NCBI RefSeq assembly: GCF_006345805.1 | Contig: NC_043010.1 | Span: 1,488,001-1,552,000, forward strand | Direction of reading: 5' to 3' | DNA length: 64,000 nucleotides | From: Octopus sinensis | Taxonomy: Eukaryota | Shown: piece after piece, positions 29,538-44,593 of the stretch | Layout: every line of letters starts with the position of its first letter | Position numbering within the stretch: the stretch's first letter is position 1 | The notes under the pieces: generated by a model | What the model saw: the letters and a program-made list of their open reading frames with translations, nothing else | What the model was told of the DNA's origin: nothing | Database searches by the model: none | Made by a program: the position numbers and the translations under genes

Positions 29538-30207
29538 AACACGCGCATACAGCTATGTGTGCAACAATATGAAAGAATGCACATGTGTCTGTCTGTATGC
29601 ATGAACGTGTGTGTATGTGTGTGTTATACACGCACGCACAGACACTCACACACACACACGTACACATTATCATTAGAAATATCAGTCATCAGCACCATCG
29701 TAGTATTCATCTTTTGCTATTGTTGTAGTTGTTGTTGTAGTGACTATTATTCAAAAGTCACACACTTATTGCGTGCTTTCTCTGAATAATCGTGCCCAGT
29801 TCTGTGTACTTTGGTAACATGCGAAGTCTTGTTTGGGTTTTGGATTTTGGAGTGTATGCAAGTACTCAATATATACGCTTACAGAGCTTAATTGTGGTAT
29901 TGTCTGTATATTCCGTATATTTGTAATTATCATCATCATCATTATTATTACTATTATTACTATTATTACTATTATTACTATTATTATTATTAATATTATT
30001 ATTGCCTTTTATTCCATTTCAGGGTCGATGAAATAAGTACCAGTTGAGCAGTGGAGTCAATGTAATCGACTTACACCTCGCCCGATATTACTGGCCTTGT
30101 GCTAAAATTTGAAACCATTCTGGTTGTTGTTCTTGTTTTATTATTATTATTATTATATTATTATTATTATTATTATTATTATCATTATTATTATTATTAT
30201 TATTATT

Positions 30208-30601
30208 CTCTCTTTTACTCTTTTACTTGTTTCAGTCATTTGACTGCGGCCATGCTGGAGCACCGCCTTTAGTCGAGCAAATCGACCCCGGGACTTATTC
30301 TTTGTAAGCCCAATACTTATTCTATCGGTCTCTTTTGCCGAACCGCTAGGTGACGGGAACGTAAACACACCAGCATCGGTTGTCAAGCAATGCTAGGGGG
30401 ACAAACACACACACACACACACATACATATATATATACATATATACGACAGGCTTCTTTCAGTTTCCGTCTACCAAATCCACTCACAAGGCATTGGTCGG
30501 CCCGGGGCTATAGCAGAAGACACTTGCCCAAGATGCCACGCAGTGGGACTGAACCCGGAGCCATGTGGTTGGTTAGCAAGCTACTTACCACACAGCCACT
30601 C
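30208..30601 (-). mobile_element. SINE family A, complete copy
   Basis: Reverse-complement match to 19544-19942 and 41293-41702. Confidence 0.85.
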
Positions 30602-30622
30602 ATTATTATTATTATTATTATA

Positions 30623-30682
<60 letters not shown>

Positions 30683-30978
30683 AGTGGCGAGCTAGCAGAA
30701 TCTTTATCACTCCGGGTGAAATGCTTGGTGGCATTTCATCCGTCTTTAAGTTCTGAGCTTAAATTCCGCCGAGATCGACTTTGTCTTTCCTCTTTTCGGT
30801 ATCAATAAGGTAAGTACCAGTCAAACACTGGGGTCCATGTAATCGACTTCCACCTCGTTACCCGAACTTGCTGGCCTTGTGCCAAAATATGAAATCATTA
30901 TTGTTATTATTGTTACGTTCAAATTTTGCCGGTCATCTTAGCTTTCCATCTTATGGGACAGGTTACACACACACACAC

Positions 30979-31090
<112 letters not shown>

Positions 31091-32059
31091 GGCTGTCTGT
31101 CTGTCTGTCTATATCCATATATATATGGTGGCTGCCCCCTCGTTATGGAGTATGGCCATTGCACGAAGCTTAATCGATGTTGTTAACGTGCAATGCCTGT
31201 GCAAGAAGGTTTTTTTTAAAGTGAGGAAAGACTGTACACTGAGTCAATCCCACTCACTAAGCAACAGCAGCCATAATCCGAAAAGAAGAACAAGTCAACA
31301 TCATCGGTAACTACTGAGCCGCAGGTTTTATGTCGGAATTATCCCAGTTACCTGAGTTACCTTCACCTAGAAGGATGTCCTAACAAAGCTAGGAGTCCTT
31401 CCCTCCGAATGGTTTAACCGCGCGATCGGGTATTGAGTCCGATTATTTCTATGTCCCCGCGCAGCTATGTATATACATATATACACACACTATGTATATA
31501 CATATATACACACACTACGTTGTTAAATCATTGTGTTACTTCGCTACTTTTTTCACTACGTCTTCATTATCCAACAGATTATCGATGAACTGATGTAATC
31601 CATTCTACTCCAATCTGCGCCACAGTAGTCAACAAAAACCTTTATATTTACCTTTAGCATCCACTATCCTGTTCAGCAACATGATTCAACCGTTTTATAT
31701 ACTCAGTTAAACACTAAAGTGTCTTGCTTTACTAGAGATATACAATGAACATACAATGCGAAGAAAGCAGACATATTTGAGTAGTCATACAAATGAGATT
31801 AAAAAAGATTTGTTTTATTTTAATATTTTTCCATGGTTACTGGAATTAACACAAATCATATTTTTTATCATGTTTTTATGTAGCTCAAGTCTTTCTCTAC
31901 AATTTTTGTTCATTGTTTTTAAAATTCGAATAAATTCTACCACTTTTCAGACATTTGACAATAGAGTGCCAAGTTATTGATGGTAATCTCTTGTAGTCCA
32001 AGGAAGACGGATCTGCAATGTTCTTACTGAACAAACCTGCAGAAATGATTCGTTTGCAG

Positions 32060-32283
32060 TGATCATATGTTTGTGCTGTAAATTAGCTTATTCTCTCCAT
32101 CAAGTCGACAATGCCACCGTGCACCACTGCTCAGGTATTGAAGTGATCGCGAAGCAACGTGAGACGAAGTGTTTCGTTCAAAAACACAACGCATCACCCG
32201 GTCCAGGAATTGAGACCACGATCTCTCGACCGTGAGTGCAATACTCCAACCATTAAGCCATGTGCCGTCATAAAGAGCCATGT
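32060..32283 (-). mobile_element. CORE-like SINE family D (related copies about 43050-43275, 45112-45335, 47980-48080, 48340-48470, 61500-61630)
   Basis: Shared core TGTGTTCTTGAGCAAAACACTTCATTTCACGTTGCTCCAGT seen with variation at several loci. Confidence 0.65.
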
Positions 32284-32859
32284 AGGGAGGGAAAAGTCAA
32301 CGAATTTACCTAACAACCCATTGAATTACCATTGAAACACGCCATTTTGTAATTTCCAATTCCAATAATGGTATCCCGCTCCTAAGAATATTCTTACTAT
32401 AAGTTAAATGTACATAACAGGTTCGATTCTTTGTTAAACTCATTACACTTCATTTACTCACTGCACTTTCTGTTTATGAATTTCTTTAATTCTCTGAAGA
32501 AGGATCGGCTCTGTCAAGTGGTCTGACTTTTGACATTTTCTCATGAATGCAATATCTTAAGCCGTTACTCAACAGCTAATTAGAATAATCTTTTAATGCT
32601 TAGTCCCAGAAACGAAGGTGTAGTGCTCATGAAAATTTTCACCACATATTTTAGAGAGCTTGAATTTCCTCAGGTCGATGTCTGTAAGTTAAACATTATT
32701 AGTTGTTTAAGAGTTCTAATGGAGTGTGAACTTTGAAGGCCTGGAAGATGAGCTTCGTGCCAGAGATAAAGAGAAGGTAGGCATGCGAGAGAAATAATGG
32801 GTGAGAAGAAATGAATGAAGATGAATGAATGATGAAGAAGAAGAAAAAGAAGAAGAAGG

Positions 32860-32899
<40 letters not shown>

Positions 32900-33164
32900 A
32901 AAGAAGAATGTACTGTGGGAGCGAGAAGTCATTGTCTGTTGACCACTGTGTAAAGCTATCAATCTCTCTGCCTCTCACTATCTCGATAACGATCTATCTA
33001 TCTATCTATACATACACACACATACATATAAGCATACATATGTGTGTGTATATATATATATATATAAAGTATATCCATAAACATATGCAAATATTTACGT
33101 GAATATTTATGTGTGTGTGAGTGTATGTTAGCGTGTGTGTAGTCTAAAGGTAATTTCTAATATA

Positions 33165-33325
33165 GACACAAGGCCTGAAATTTGGAGAGAGGTGGCTAGT
33201 ACTCAACTGGATGAAATGCAAAATCGACCGCCGTGAAATTTGAACTCAGTTCGTAATGAGTCGGAGGAAATGCCGCCAAGCATTTTACGCGGCGTGGCAA
33301 TGATTTTGCAAGCTCGCTGCCTTAT
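33165..33325 (-). mobile_element. SINE family B, degenerate copy
   Basis: Reverse complement reads AAGGCAGCGAGCTTGCAAAATC...GAGTTCAAATTTCACGGCGGTCGATTTTGC. Confidence 0.7.
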
Positions 33326-33569
33326 GTGTATTCTAATATTAAACAATGGAGTACGATTAGCTGTAAGCATCCAAGCAAGGTCTCCAGTTTTCCACCCTCT
33401 CCTCCAATAGTCTTGGAGACCCTGCCAAAGGTCTTGGGCACTGCTTACTCTCCTAAATTTATGATTTTTAAAGGATCGAGAAAAGCAGAGTTGAGTTTTT
33501 TCGGGAGAATGTTGTTACGGTGAGGCAGAAGGTGGCTGCAGTTATTTTGATAAAGTCTCAAAGACTTAC

Positions 33570-33723
33570 CTGCCAGTTCCTCATAATGAGTGCTTGTTCC
33601 CATATTCCAGCCGCGTCCACTGTCACCACAAGAAGACAGGGTTGAAAGATCACTGAAGTTTTCTGGAGACATTATTGCTAGTTTTTCTTCTTTCACAACG
33701 CAAGCAGTCTCTGGGAGACACAT
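33570..33723 (-). CDS. Pcdh: Protocadherin coding exon 2 (154 nt, phase 0 to 1): MCLPETACVVKEEKLAIMSPENFSDLSTLSSCGDSGRGWNMGTSTHYEELA
   Basis: Acceptor TTTATTTTCAATCTGGTGCAG at 33724/33723; donor GCAG|GTAAGT at 33570/33569; open frame; phases match exons 1 and 3; DSGRG motif. Confidence 0.82.
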
Positions 33724-34192
33724 CTGCACCAGATTGAAAATAAATAGATACTATTATACTAGATAGATAGAACTGGTTGATAGGTAGGTAGGTAGGTAAG
33801 TTGGTAGGTAGGTAGTAGATAGATAGATAAATAGGTAGGTAGAGAGGCAGGTTTGTATGCTCGTAAGTAGATGGATAGGGTTAAGGTTATAGGTATGTAT
33901 GTAGATAGATAGATAGAGAGACAGAAAGATGGGTAAATAAATAAATAAAGAAGTTGAGTGGCAGGTAGGTAGGTAGGTAGGTAGGTAGGTAGGTAAGTAG
34001 GTAGAGAGGGAGAGAGAGAAGGAAAAGAAGAAAGAAAGAGTGAATGAATGAATTAATGAATGAATGAATGAAAGAGAAGAAAATGAATAACTATTGATAG
34101 AAAAATTTATCATCTGCAATTAAACCAGGGAAAAGTATAGATTCGTAAATATATGCATGCTCACACTCACATACCCACGCGCATACACACAC

Positions 34193-34235
<43 letters not shown>

Positions 34236-34243
34236 TATATATA

Positions 34244-34313
<70 letters not shown>

Positions 34314-34563
34314 GCATGTGCCATAATGAGAGAAGGTGAATATACATAAATAGATTGAAAGAGAGATAAGGAGAAAGACAAATAGACAGTCAGTGTGAGT
34401 GAGAGTAAGAGAGGAAGACAATATACAGCCAGTGTGGTTGAGATTGAAAGAAAAAGAAGTAGTTATAGGTGTGAATAGATAGAGAGTGGAGGAGAGTGAC
34501 TGAGTAAGAGAGAGAGAGAGGAATGGAAAAAGTAGATACAGGAGATACAGGAATATATATATA

Positions 34564-34611
<48 letters not shown>

Positions 34612-35039
34612 GAGAGAGAGAGAGAGAAAGAGAGGAGAGAGAGAGGGAGAGAGAGAGGAGAGAGAGATAAGAGTGGATATAGTTAGATACAAATATACTG
34701 AGATGGAGAGAATATGTATATGGACGTATGTGTGAAGAAATCATGGCCTTTTTAAAATGACGCCTCAAATTTTATTTTCGGTACTTTAAAAGGCAAGTTG
34801 ATGCTAGGGTTTAATCACGCTTGTCTGGAAGCTGGAAGCTCCGTTTTAAATAGAAACTTTGGTGCCATTTCCAAAGTTAATTTTTCACACACGTACATAT
34901 ACATATTTTTGCTCTCTCCATTCCCTCTTTATGACTCATACATGCACATACCGTCCACTTATACACTCTGTGTGGAGGTTAAAGTGTCTTATGTCACACC
35001 GGCGAGATAAATGTCCAGCTTTTTAGGTTTGATTGAAAT

Positions 35040-36120
35040 TATAAACACATTTGGCTACCTGGAGTATGGTATTTGATTTGAAGCACCATTCAGTATGCAA
35101 AATAGGGAAGAGAAGACGTTTCAGGGTTTCTGACCAAGCTCGGCAAATACATATGGACCAGTTTTGCATGTGTTGAGACACAAGATTTTAATTTCTATTT
35201 TACTCTATGATGCGTAAAGGTAATTCTAACGTTTGGTCTGGATTCATGAATTCACGTCCTAATGCCGATAGGCATCATGATGGCATGTACCATTTTCCCA
35301 CTTTTCTTCCAGTTGACCATGGAATTGGTATGAAAGGAACAATAACTTACTCGGAAGGAATAAAGATGGGAAGACATCAGATACTGTCACTGCTGTATGC
35401 CTTTATGGATGACATCACTGCTATAGGGAAAACAAAGACAAAAAAAGCCACTTCTAGAGCAATTTGATAAGCTAATTCAGTAGTGTCGGCTGCATGCCGA
35501 AGCCTAAAAAAGTGTCACAGAATATTCATATGCAATAACACAGGAGTTTGTTAAATAACTCTACTTTTACTTTGGATTCGATGACTTACGGAAAAGAAAA
35601 TTACGATCCATCGCTGAGTTTGTGCAAGGTTCTTAAATTATGCCAAGAAAAGTATTGAGATTTAGATTAACGTGAGTCAAGGACTTACTGCGGTTTAACA
35701 AGGAAGCTTAAAGTATGGGATTTACAACAAAATGCATGGCCCTTTGCTAGAATTTTGTTACCACTCATATAATATTTACAAAGTTATAAAAGTGAAAAAG
35801 TATGCTAAAACGTTCCTGCAAAAGCGTACTTGGTCACTGCCGTGTTTTACAGGAGTTGGAATGTATAGCGCTACCGTGGAATTCAAGTGCAGTTAACATC
35901 GCTGGTAGAAAAATTTATAGTAGCAAAAGATCGATGCCGCGTAATGTTATTAGATTTTGTGGATCCCGTTTTGGCAATACAAACGAAAAGTGTCAATGTG
36001 GTGTGAGAAAAGTGGCAGAGATCATTCTAAAAACGAAAGATGTGATAAATAAACGTAAGAAGTGCCGAATATAAAGCTGGATTAGGAGACATGCGGGACA
36101 AATGGATGACCCATAAGAAA
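35040..36120 (+). mobile_element. Degenerate RT fragment of an R2-superfamily, HERO-like non-LTR element
   Basis: Remnant motifs GIMMACTIFPLFFQLTMEL, AFMDDIT, KPKKC, KLKVWDLQQ...RILLPLI, VEFKCS; heavily interrupted. Confidence 0.55.
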
Positions 36121-37533
36121 AATGGAGGCAGATGAAATATTGTAAAGAAAATAAATAATCATAATGAAGAGATGAAGAGCGTGCGTCTAAAACGAATGTG
36201 CATGGCTAATATCAGAAGCAACTGAGCAAAGGATGTTGTCGTCGAGTATGTTTTGCAAAATGGGTCCAACCAGGCAGTGATTATTATTGATTGCAGCATT
36301 TTATGTGTTGCCATTCTCGGCCAATATTAGACGTTGAGATTGGAATAATACTGCTATTACAGTTGATGTAAACATTGGTATTGCTCAGTGAAGCTTAAGG
36401 TAGTGGTTCTCACGGTAGGCGACGAAATTAGTGCGATCTCCAGATGATACAGCTGATGATGGGGGTATATCACTGGAGTATACCCTTGCAGCTTTGAGAC
36501 CATACCTCGTAGAATATTCTGTAGCAGAATAATCAAGTAAATAATGTCGATTCACTTTACCAGTAGTGATATTTTATAGAGAGTCAGCACAAGTTGCACC
36601 CTACTATATCTCACTCATAAGAACTACGAGAAAGAACAACGCAGAAGCGAAACGATGAAAAAGTCGAGATCCAACTCCTCTTTCGATTGTTGACTAGAAG
36701 ATGCCGGACAATATGAAGGAAGCGCACCTATTGTAATAATCGCAATGATGAAGCGACACTGTACCGTCTCTACTTATGGCATTGTGTAAGTTATTGCGCA
36801 TTGAGGAGATAATATAGAGTATGCACCCGAAAAAAGAAGTGAGGGTTAAAATATAAAGAACTTAGGAAATCGTATGAAGTACACCGATTCCAGTAAAAGG
36901 TAGAATACTCACAGGTTCTTTGCTAAATTCACTATATTCAACCTACCTAAGACTAACGTGTGTATATATAGTTGGGCTGTGGTTTTTGAATTTGAGAAAG
37001 AAAAGAAAGTGCTTTTTTATGGTTATGGAAAGAGATGTGAGAAAAAGAAACGCTCAAAAAACAAAGGCAAAGAGCAAAAGTTTTGCGAATGTAAAAAAAT
37101 AGCAGCATCGTGTAGTGGCTACATTGACAAACAAGTGAAGAAGTGATGTACAGCGTGAACAAAAATAACACGAACATTCTCTTTTAGCATCGGTATTGCT
37201 CGACGAAGTTTGAGGTAGTAGTTCTCTCGGTAGGTGACGAAATTAGCGCGATCTCCAGATGATGCAGCCGATGATGGGGTATTCCACAAGGCAAGCTCTA
37301 TATAAAATTACATATATAAATATATATGTAGACATGTGTGTGTGTACGCATGCATGTATGTATCTGTGTGTGTGTGCGTGTGTGTGTTTATGCATGCGTG
37401 TGTATTTGTACGTATGCATACATATACACACACATATATATCAGTTCAAAAAAGAGCTGATACCTTTGTTGAAACAAATTTAAAGTTGTTCACGATATTC
37501 ATGTAGCTACTTAGATATATAATCAAATATAAA

Positions 37534-37615
<82 letters not shown>

Positions 37616-37632
37616 TGATTGATTGATTGATT

Positions 37633-37689
<57 letters not shown>

Positions 37690-37789
37690 GTAGATAGACA
37701 GATGAAAAACTGGCCACTAGATATACAAACAAAAACATAGTTAAATCAGTTAATTACATATATAATTATATCGACAAGTACCAGAGTTG

Positions 37790-38340
37790 GAGCTTGATAG
37801 TTCAGCAGCAACCTTCAAATATACAGAATGGAACCAAAATACATGTGGTGCAAAAATGTTGTAAAGCCATATAATTGTGGGAAATGAAATTCTGAAGGGG
37901 AAGAAGTCCAATAGGCACAGATAGTAAATATATATATGCTGGAATATGAACATTAATTACGCGCAAAGAGCAGAGTAGAAGGCGTTTGCCTCGATTCAAA
38001 ATGGACAATGTCCTGCATAACAGTGTTTTCAATACCGTTTTAACTGCGTTTTAATATGCAAGTAAGATGTGGGCTGTTACAAAAGCAGAAAGACGATGAA
38101 CAGCTACTATACTGGTAAACATGAAAGAAAAAATTCATACTAGGAATATCACTACTGGAGGATATTAGGAAAACATTCATTCGGGGAAGGAATGCCGTGA
38201 ACGATGTTATCGTGAAATACCTAAGTACAAGATCCGCCAGGCTGTATATTTTGCAAGGATAGCACATAATAATTGCACATGTCCAGTTGTCAAATGGTGT
38301 CCAAAAGATCGGAAGAGGACCTGGCAAAACAATATAATCA
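37790..38340 (+). mobile_element. Degenerate RTE-like LINE, RT C-terminal region
   Basis: Remnants YASKMWAVTKAERR and VVKWCPKDRKR resemble RTE YGSETW.LTK.E.R and EW.PR..KR. Confidence 0.45.
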
Positions 38341-38932
38341 AACATTTTGGACCCAAATTCCACAGAAGGGCACAATCAAGTGGAGAATAGAACCAGTGAC
38401 TAATCTACAAGAGACAGATACTGAAATGTATATATATGTGGGGGGGGGGGGCTATGTATGTATGTATAGATATGTGTGTGTGTGTGTGTATTCCTTAATA
38501 ACTGTTTGATTTGGCGCCATGCAAATTAAGACTCGTCAAACGAACCTACGCCGTCGGTTTCCACATCCTGGCGAGGCATCCGTTTGACGAGGTTACGAAT
38601 CTTTAAGCTTCATGGAATTGAATCAAACTGTTATCAAATAATATACTAACTCCTGCCAAATGTATTGAGTGCCACTTTCTTTCGTTTTCCCACTCACTTG
38701 TACGCACACACACACACACAACTTTTACGTGTTTCAGTTATTGGATAACGGTCATGCCGGAGCACTGATTTGAAGGGTTTAGTCAGAAAGCTTGCCATCA
38801 ATCTTTATTTGTAAACCTGATACTTACTCCATCAGTCCTTTTGCCGAATCGCTAGGTTAAGGGGCATACAAACACACAAACATCTGATATCAAACAATGG
38901 TAGGGAGAAACACAGATATAAAAAGTCACAGG

Positions 38933-38968
<36 letters not shown>

Positions 38969-39171
38969 TGAGACCCCCTTCGTTCACGACACAGACCATG
39001 TGACTGCACATAGAAAGTTACCCTCCCTCCCAGACACAAGTCCGGGCAAGGTTGTTTATGAAAGACCAGCAGTCGCCCATGCATACCGGCTTCCCCTCTC
39101 CACGCCACCAGTGTTGTCCAAGGGGAAAAGCAACGGCCAATACATTATTATTATTATTATTATTATTATTA

Positions 39172-39611
<440 letters not shown>

Positions 39612-40439
39612 AATTTGGCAATTATTTCTCAGCAGATTGCGCGTCTACAAAAGACTTTACCCGTTTGCAAGTAAATTTGTTGTTGTTCAATTCCCAGGCT
39701 GGCGGGCGCATTGAGCCCTTGAAAAGGCCTTTGATCTGATGCTGTCTCATTTGAAAATGTGTTCCAGCAGAAGTTGGGGAGTTAATTTTGCGATGGATTC
39801 GCGCTAGTATCATAGTCTCAGACATCTAAATGTCACGGAACTCGGCTTAGCTTCAGCTAAACGAGCCTGAATGTTTGAGACAGACTTTAACTTAAATCTT
39901 AAATGAACAGCCTGAAAAAGTGCCTATCTGTTTCTTCTTGCTATTTTCCACAAATCATATTTAAACCATTGAGAATCAAAACTTTTAAAAGACCACCCAT
40001 TAAATAGAAAATAAAAATAAAATCAATCATGAACTTCTTTGCACAGAAAATCACTATATTTTATAGAAATAAAAATTGTTATATTCCACAAAAGTCATTT
40101 GCTTTATTACAAATACGTCTGCAAATGTGTAGATTCCGCAATACTGTAGAGATTATTGTGTGACCACTTTCTAACATATAAGAATTATATTGTATTATAT
40201 ACAGCTTTGTCTTTCCTCTATTACAACATCATACTTCATAGGCTAATCCTGCGATGACATTTTCACAACAGCTGCCATTGACGTTGTACGTACGCTTTAT
40301 ATTAATTATACTGTTTTTAGCAAGGCCTGGGAATAATACATGTATGCAGAGGTGTGTGTATGATATACATATATGCATTTATATATATATGAATACATAC
40401 GCGTAAATATGTATGTGTATATATATATACATATATATA

Positions 40440-40490
<51 letters not shown>

Positions 40491-40838
40491 CATACGTATA
40501 TGTATACATACATATGCATATATACATATATATATATACATACATATATGTATACATACATATGCATATATACAAATATATTGTATTTCTATGTGTGTAT
40601 GTGTATACTTGTATATATAGCATAAATATACACGCACATACAGATAAACAGACATATATACATGTATAGAGAGAATCTAATCTGTTTATCCATCCGTATT
40701 TATGTATAGGTAAATGTGATGTATACATAAATACATGCATACAGACATACACACACACACACACATATATATATATGTATATATTGTGTGTGTGTGTGTA
40801 TGTCTGTATGCATGTATTTATGTATACATCACATTTGG

Positions 40839-41072
40839 AGGGCGGCGAGCTGGCAGAAACGTTAGCACGCCGGGCGAAATGCGTAGCCGTATTTCGTCTG
40901 CCGTTACGTTCTGAGTTCAAATTCCGCCGAGGTTGACTTTGCCTTTCATCCTTTCGGGGTCGATAAATTAAGTACCAGTTAAGCACTGGAGTCGATATAA
41001 TCGACTTAATCCGTTTGTCTATTCTTGTTTGTCCCCTCTATGTTTAGCCCCTTGTGGGTAGTAAAGAAATAG
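40839..41072 (+). mobile_element. SINE family B, complete copy
   Basis: Near-identical to 22714-22948. Confidence 0.85.
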
Positions 41073-41089
41073 ATATATATGTATATATG

Positions 41090-41150
<61 letters not shown>

Positions 41151-41158
41151 AGGGAGAG

Positions 41159-41229
<71 letters not shown>

Positions 41230-41292
41230 GATATATATATGCATATGTATGTGTATATATATATATATATTATATATATAATATATATATAT

Positions 41293-41702
41293 GGAGTGGC
41301 TGTGTGGTAAGTAGCTTGTTTACCAACCACATGGTTCCATGGTTCCGGGTTCAGTCCACTGCGTGGCACCTTGGGTAAGTGTCTTCTACTATAGCCTCGG
41401 GCCGACCAAAGCTTTGTGAGTGGATTTGGTAGACGGAAACTGAAAGAAACCCCTCATATATATGTATATATATATATGCGTGTGTGTGTTGTGTGTCTGT
41501 GGTTGTCCCCCTAACATTGCTTGGCAACGGATACTGGTGTGTTTATGTCCCCGTTAACTAGCGGTTCGGCAAAAGAGACCGATAGAATAAGTACTGGGCT
41601 TACAAAAGAGTAAGTCCCGGGGTCGAGTTGCTCGATTAAAGGCGGTGCTCCAGCATGGCCGCAGTCAAATGACTGAAATAAGTAAAAGAGAAAGAGAAAG
41701 AG
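41293..41702 (+). mobile_element. SINE family A, complete copy
   Basis: Direct match to 19544-19942. Confidence 0.85.
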
Positions 41703-42145
41703 AATATATATATACGCATATATATATTAAGTATACACGTATATAAAGGCATAATACCTATTGAACGGAATAATCATGTTTGTCTCGGTATCAAATCTCT
41801 GTTATTGATATTTAAACAACGATATAAGTTTAGCGAAATTTCCATCTTTGGATATCATTCTATATTCCTCGACGATGTTTCACTAATCGCTTCAATATGG
41901 GGAATTAAACAATTTCCAGTCCTCCTTCGTTGTATCTCCAGATGAGTACAGCAAGCTTTATGGTGAGAAACTTACTGACATAACGATTATTGGTAACAAT
42001 TTAAAATACAATCACCACACTAACTACATCAGCTGACTACCGTTACAGAATATCGATCTAGCAATTAATCTATCTATCTATCTATATGCATTTATGTATA
42101 TATATATATATGTGTGTGTGTGTATATATGTATATATATATGTAT

Positions 42146-42234
<89 letters not shown>

Positions 42235-42237
42235 ATG

Positions 42238-43000
42238 CAGGGTGCCATGAGTAAATTGTCACCATTTTATATTTTTGATTTCACGCATGCGCATTGTTTG
42301 TTTTCGATTTAGTCGAATACATAATATAGTAGGGTCGGTTGGACAACGTTTGTGAGAAAAACAACACCATGGCGCAATTCCCTTAGCCAGAAATTTGGAA
42401 ATCACATGCTGTAATGTTACGCATTCCTGCTGGAATCTTCAATACGAACATTTCAGAACGTTTGGGTGTCAATTTGAGGACGGTGCAATCTGTGAACATG
42501 TACCGAGAGTGATAAAAATCAAACATCCAGTCAACATCATGGTGTTTGGAGTGATCACTAGTGATGGCGACGTTATGCCTCCATTCACCTTCCCGCACGG
42601 TCTCAGACCCAATACGGAGGCCTATTTCAACTGCCTGGAGGAGGTAGTGCTGTATTGGGTCAAGAGGACAGCTGCTGGAAGATCTTATTCCTGGCAGCAG
42701 GGCTTTGCACCATGTTACATTAGCAGGAGGACCCAGTGATGGCTGTCAGATAATTTCTGCAACCATATCACCCCTAACATTTGGCCACCTAACTCGCCAG
42801 TCTGCAATCCTCTTGATTATTATGTGTGGGGCACAGGTGAGCGAGAGCCCAACAAAATTCCCTGTAAGACCAAATACGAACTGAAGGCAAGGATTATGGC
42901 AGCATTCACCAACTTAAACAAGGAGACCGCCCAGAATAGTTGCAGGAGATTCTGAAGTCGTCTGGAGGCTATGGTTGAAACCAATGGATTTAATTGAAAA
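42238..43000 (+). mobile_element. Internally deleted Tc1/mariner-superfamily transposon relic, DD37D (maT-like)
   Basis: TIR-like CAGGGTGCCATGAGTAAATTGTCACC; translation KHPVNIMVFGVITSDG...WQQG(D)FAPC...WPPNSPVCNPLDYYVWG, with 37 residues between the 2nd and 3rd catalytic positions; in-frame stops. Confidence 0.8.
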
Positions 43001-44121
43001 ATTTATACGTATTAATAAGGCTAAAATGATAAATATCCTTTCCGAGTCATATAGACTAGTAGGGCCTGTTTCCCGTTTTCTTCGGCGTATAGATTCCCCA
43101 TCTGAACAGGACGCTGGGCCGTCGCAGAGTTACTCGTTTTTGTCAGCTGGGTGGACTGGAGCAACGTGAAATGAAGTGTTTTGGTCAAGATCACAATGTG
43201 TCGCTCGCTCCAGTAATCGAAACCACCATCTTACGATCATGATTCCAACACACTAACCACTAAAGCTTTCCGCTGCACCTCAAGTATTAAGCTATTTTAT
43301 TCTTTAATGTTTGCACCGTGTTTAAGGTATATTCGTATGTATGTGTCCCCACCCTCTCTCTCTCTTTATATATGGTATTATATCATATATTTATATGTAG
43401 CAGAGTTTATTTAGCAAGTAATCCAACCAGTCCCCTACATTGAATTTGAAAGGGCCATAAATTTTCTTCCTCCTCAAAACTGCCAATACTGCCATGACAG
43501 CACTACTATGGGCACTCATGATGGCATTCACAATGCCACACATGCATGGTAATAGACATGCTATGAATGAGGCCCATAAGATGAAAACGTGGTTCAGGTC
43601 ACATCTCCGGCTGGATCTAAAAACTCAGGATCAATTCTCAACGAAACATTAGTTTTTAACAATGTCGTATCGTATATGTGAGAACACCGGATGGTGTCTG
43701 TCTTGCGTAAGGAATTTGCGTGGTCTTGGACAGCTCGAACAATTGGAAAATGTGTGTCGTCTTTTTTAAACATGTCCTGGCCGCGGCGGTGGTGGTGGTG
43801 ATGGTGGGGGTGGTGTTGTTAGTGGTGGTGTTGGTGTTGTCGTGGTTGGTGTTGTCGTGGTTGGTGGTGGTGTGGAAGGTGATGACAGTGGTTGTGGGGG
43901 AGGTGACAGGGGTCGTGGTTGTGACGCTGTTGCTAGTTGTGACAATGCTAATGATGATGATGGCGATGATAATGATGATGATGGCGATGATGATGATGAT
44001 TGATGATGATGATGATGATTCTGGTAACGATGATGACGACGACTAGATGTATGATGACGACGCTGAGGACAACGACATAAATATACATAAATGTATATCT
44101 ATCTATCCATCTATCTATCTA

Positions 44122-44178
<57 letters not shown>

Positions 44179-44181
44179 GCC

Positions 44182-44224
<43 letters not shown>

Positions 44225-44480
44225 GTATGTATGTATATGTATGTGTGTGTCTTTGTGTTTGAGTTTGTCTCTTTACCGCTTGATAGCCGATGTTTATTTA
44301 TTTACATAGCGGCTCGACAAAATTAAAGAAAAAAATCGATAGAATGGTGTACCAGTTTTAATACCAGTTTTGAAAGTAAAATTATGCACAGGAGTGGATT
44401 TGGGCGACTAAACCATTTAAGACGGTGACTTAGCATGGCTTCAATCCAATAAGTGAAACAAGTAAAAGATGTTTTATATA

Positions 44481-44593
<113 letters not shown>

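Noticed and set aside
36415-36470. GAAA...CTGATGA, possible type II hammerhead
   Set aside because: Stem II strands are not complementary and the second copy has CCGATGA.
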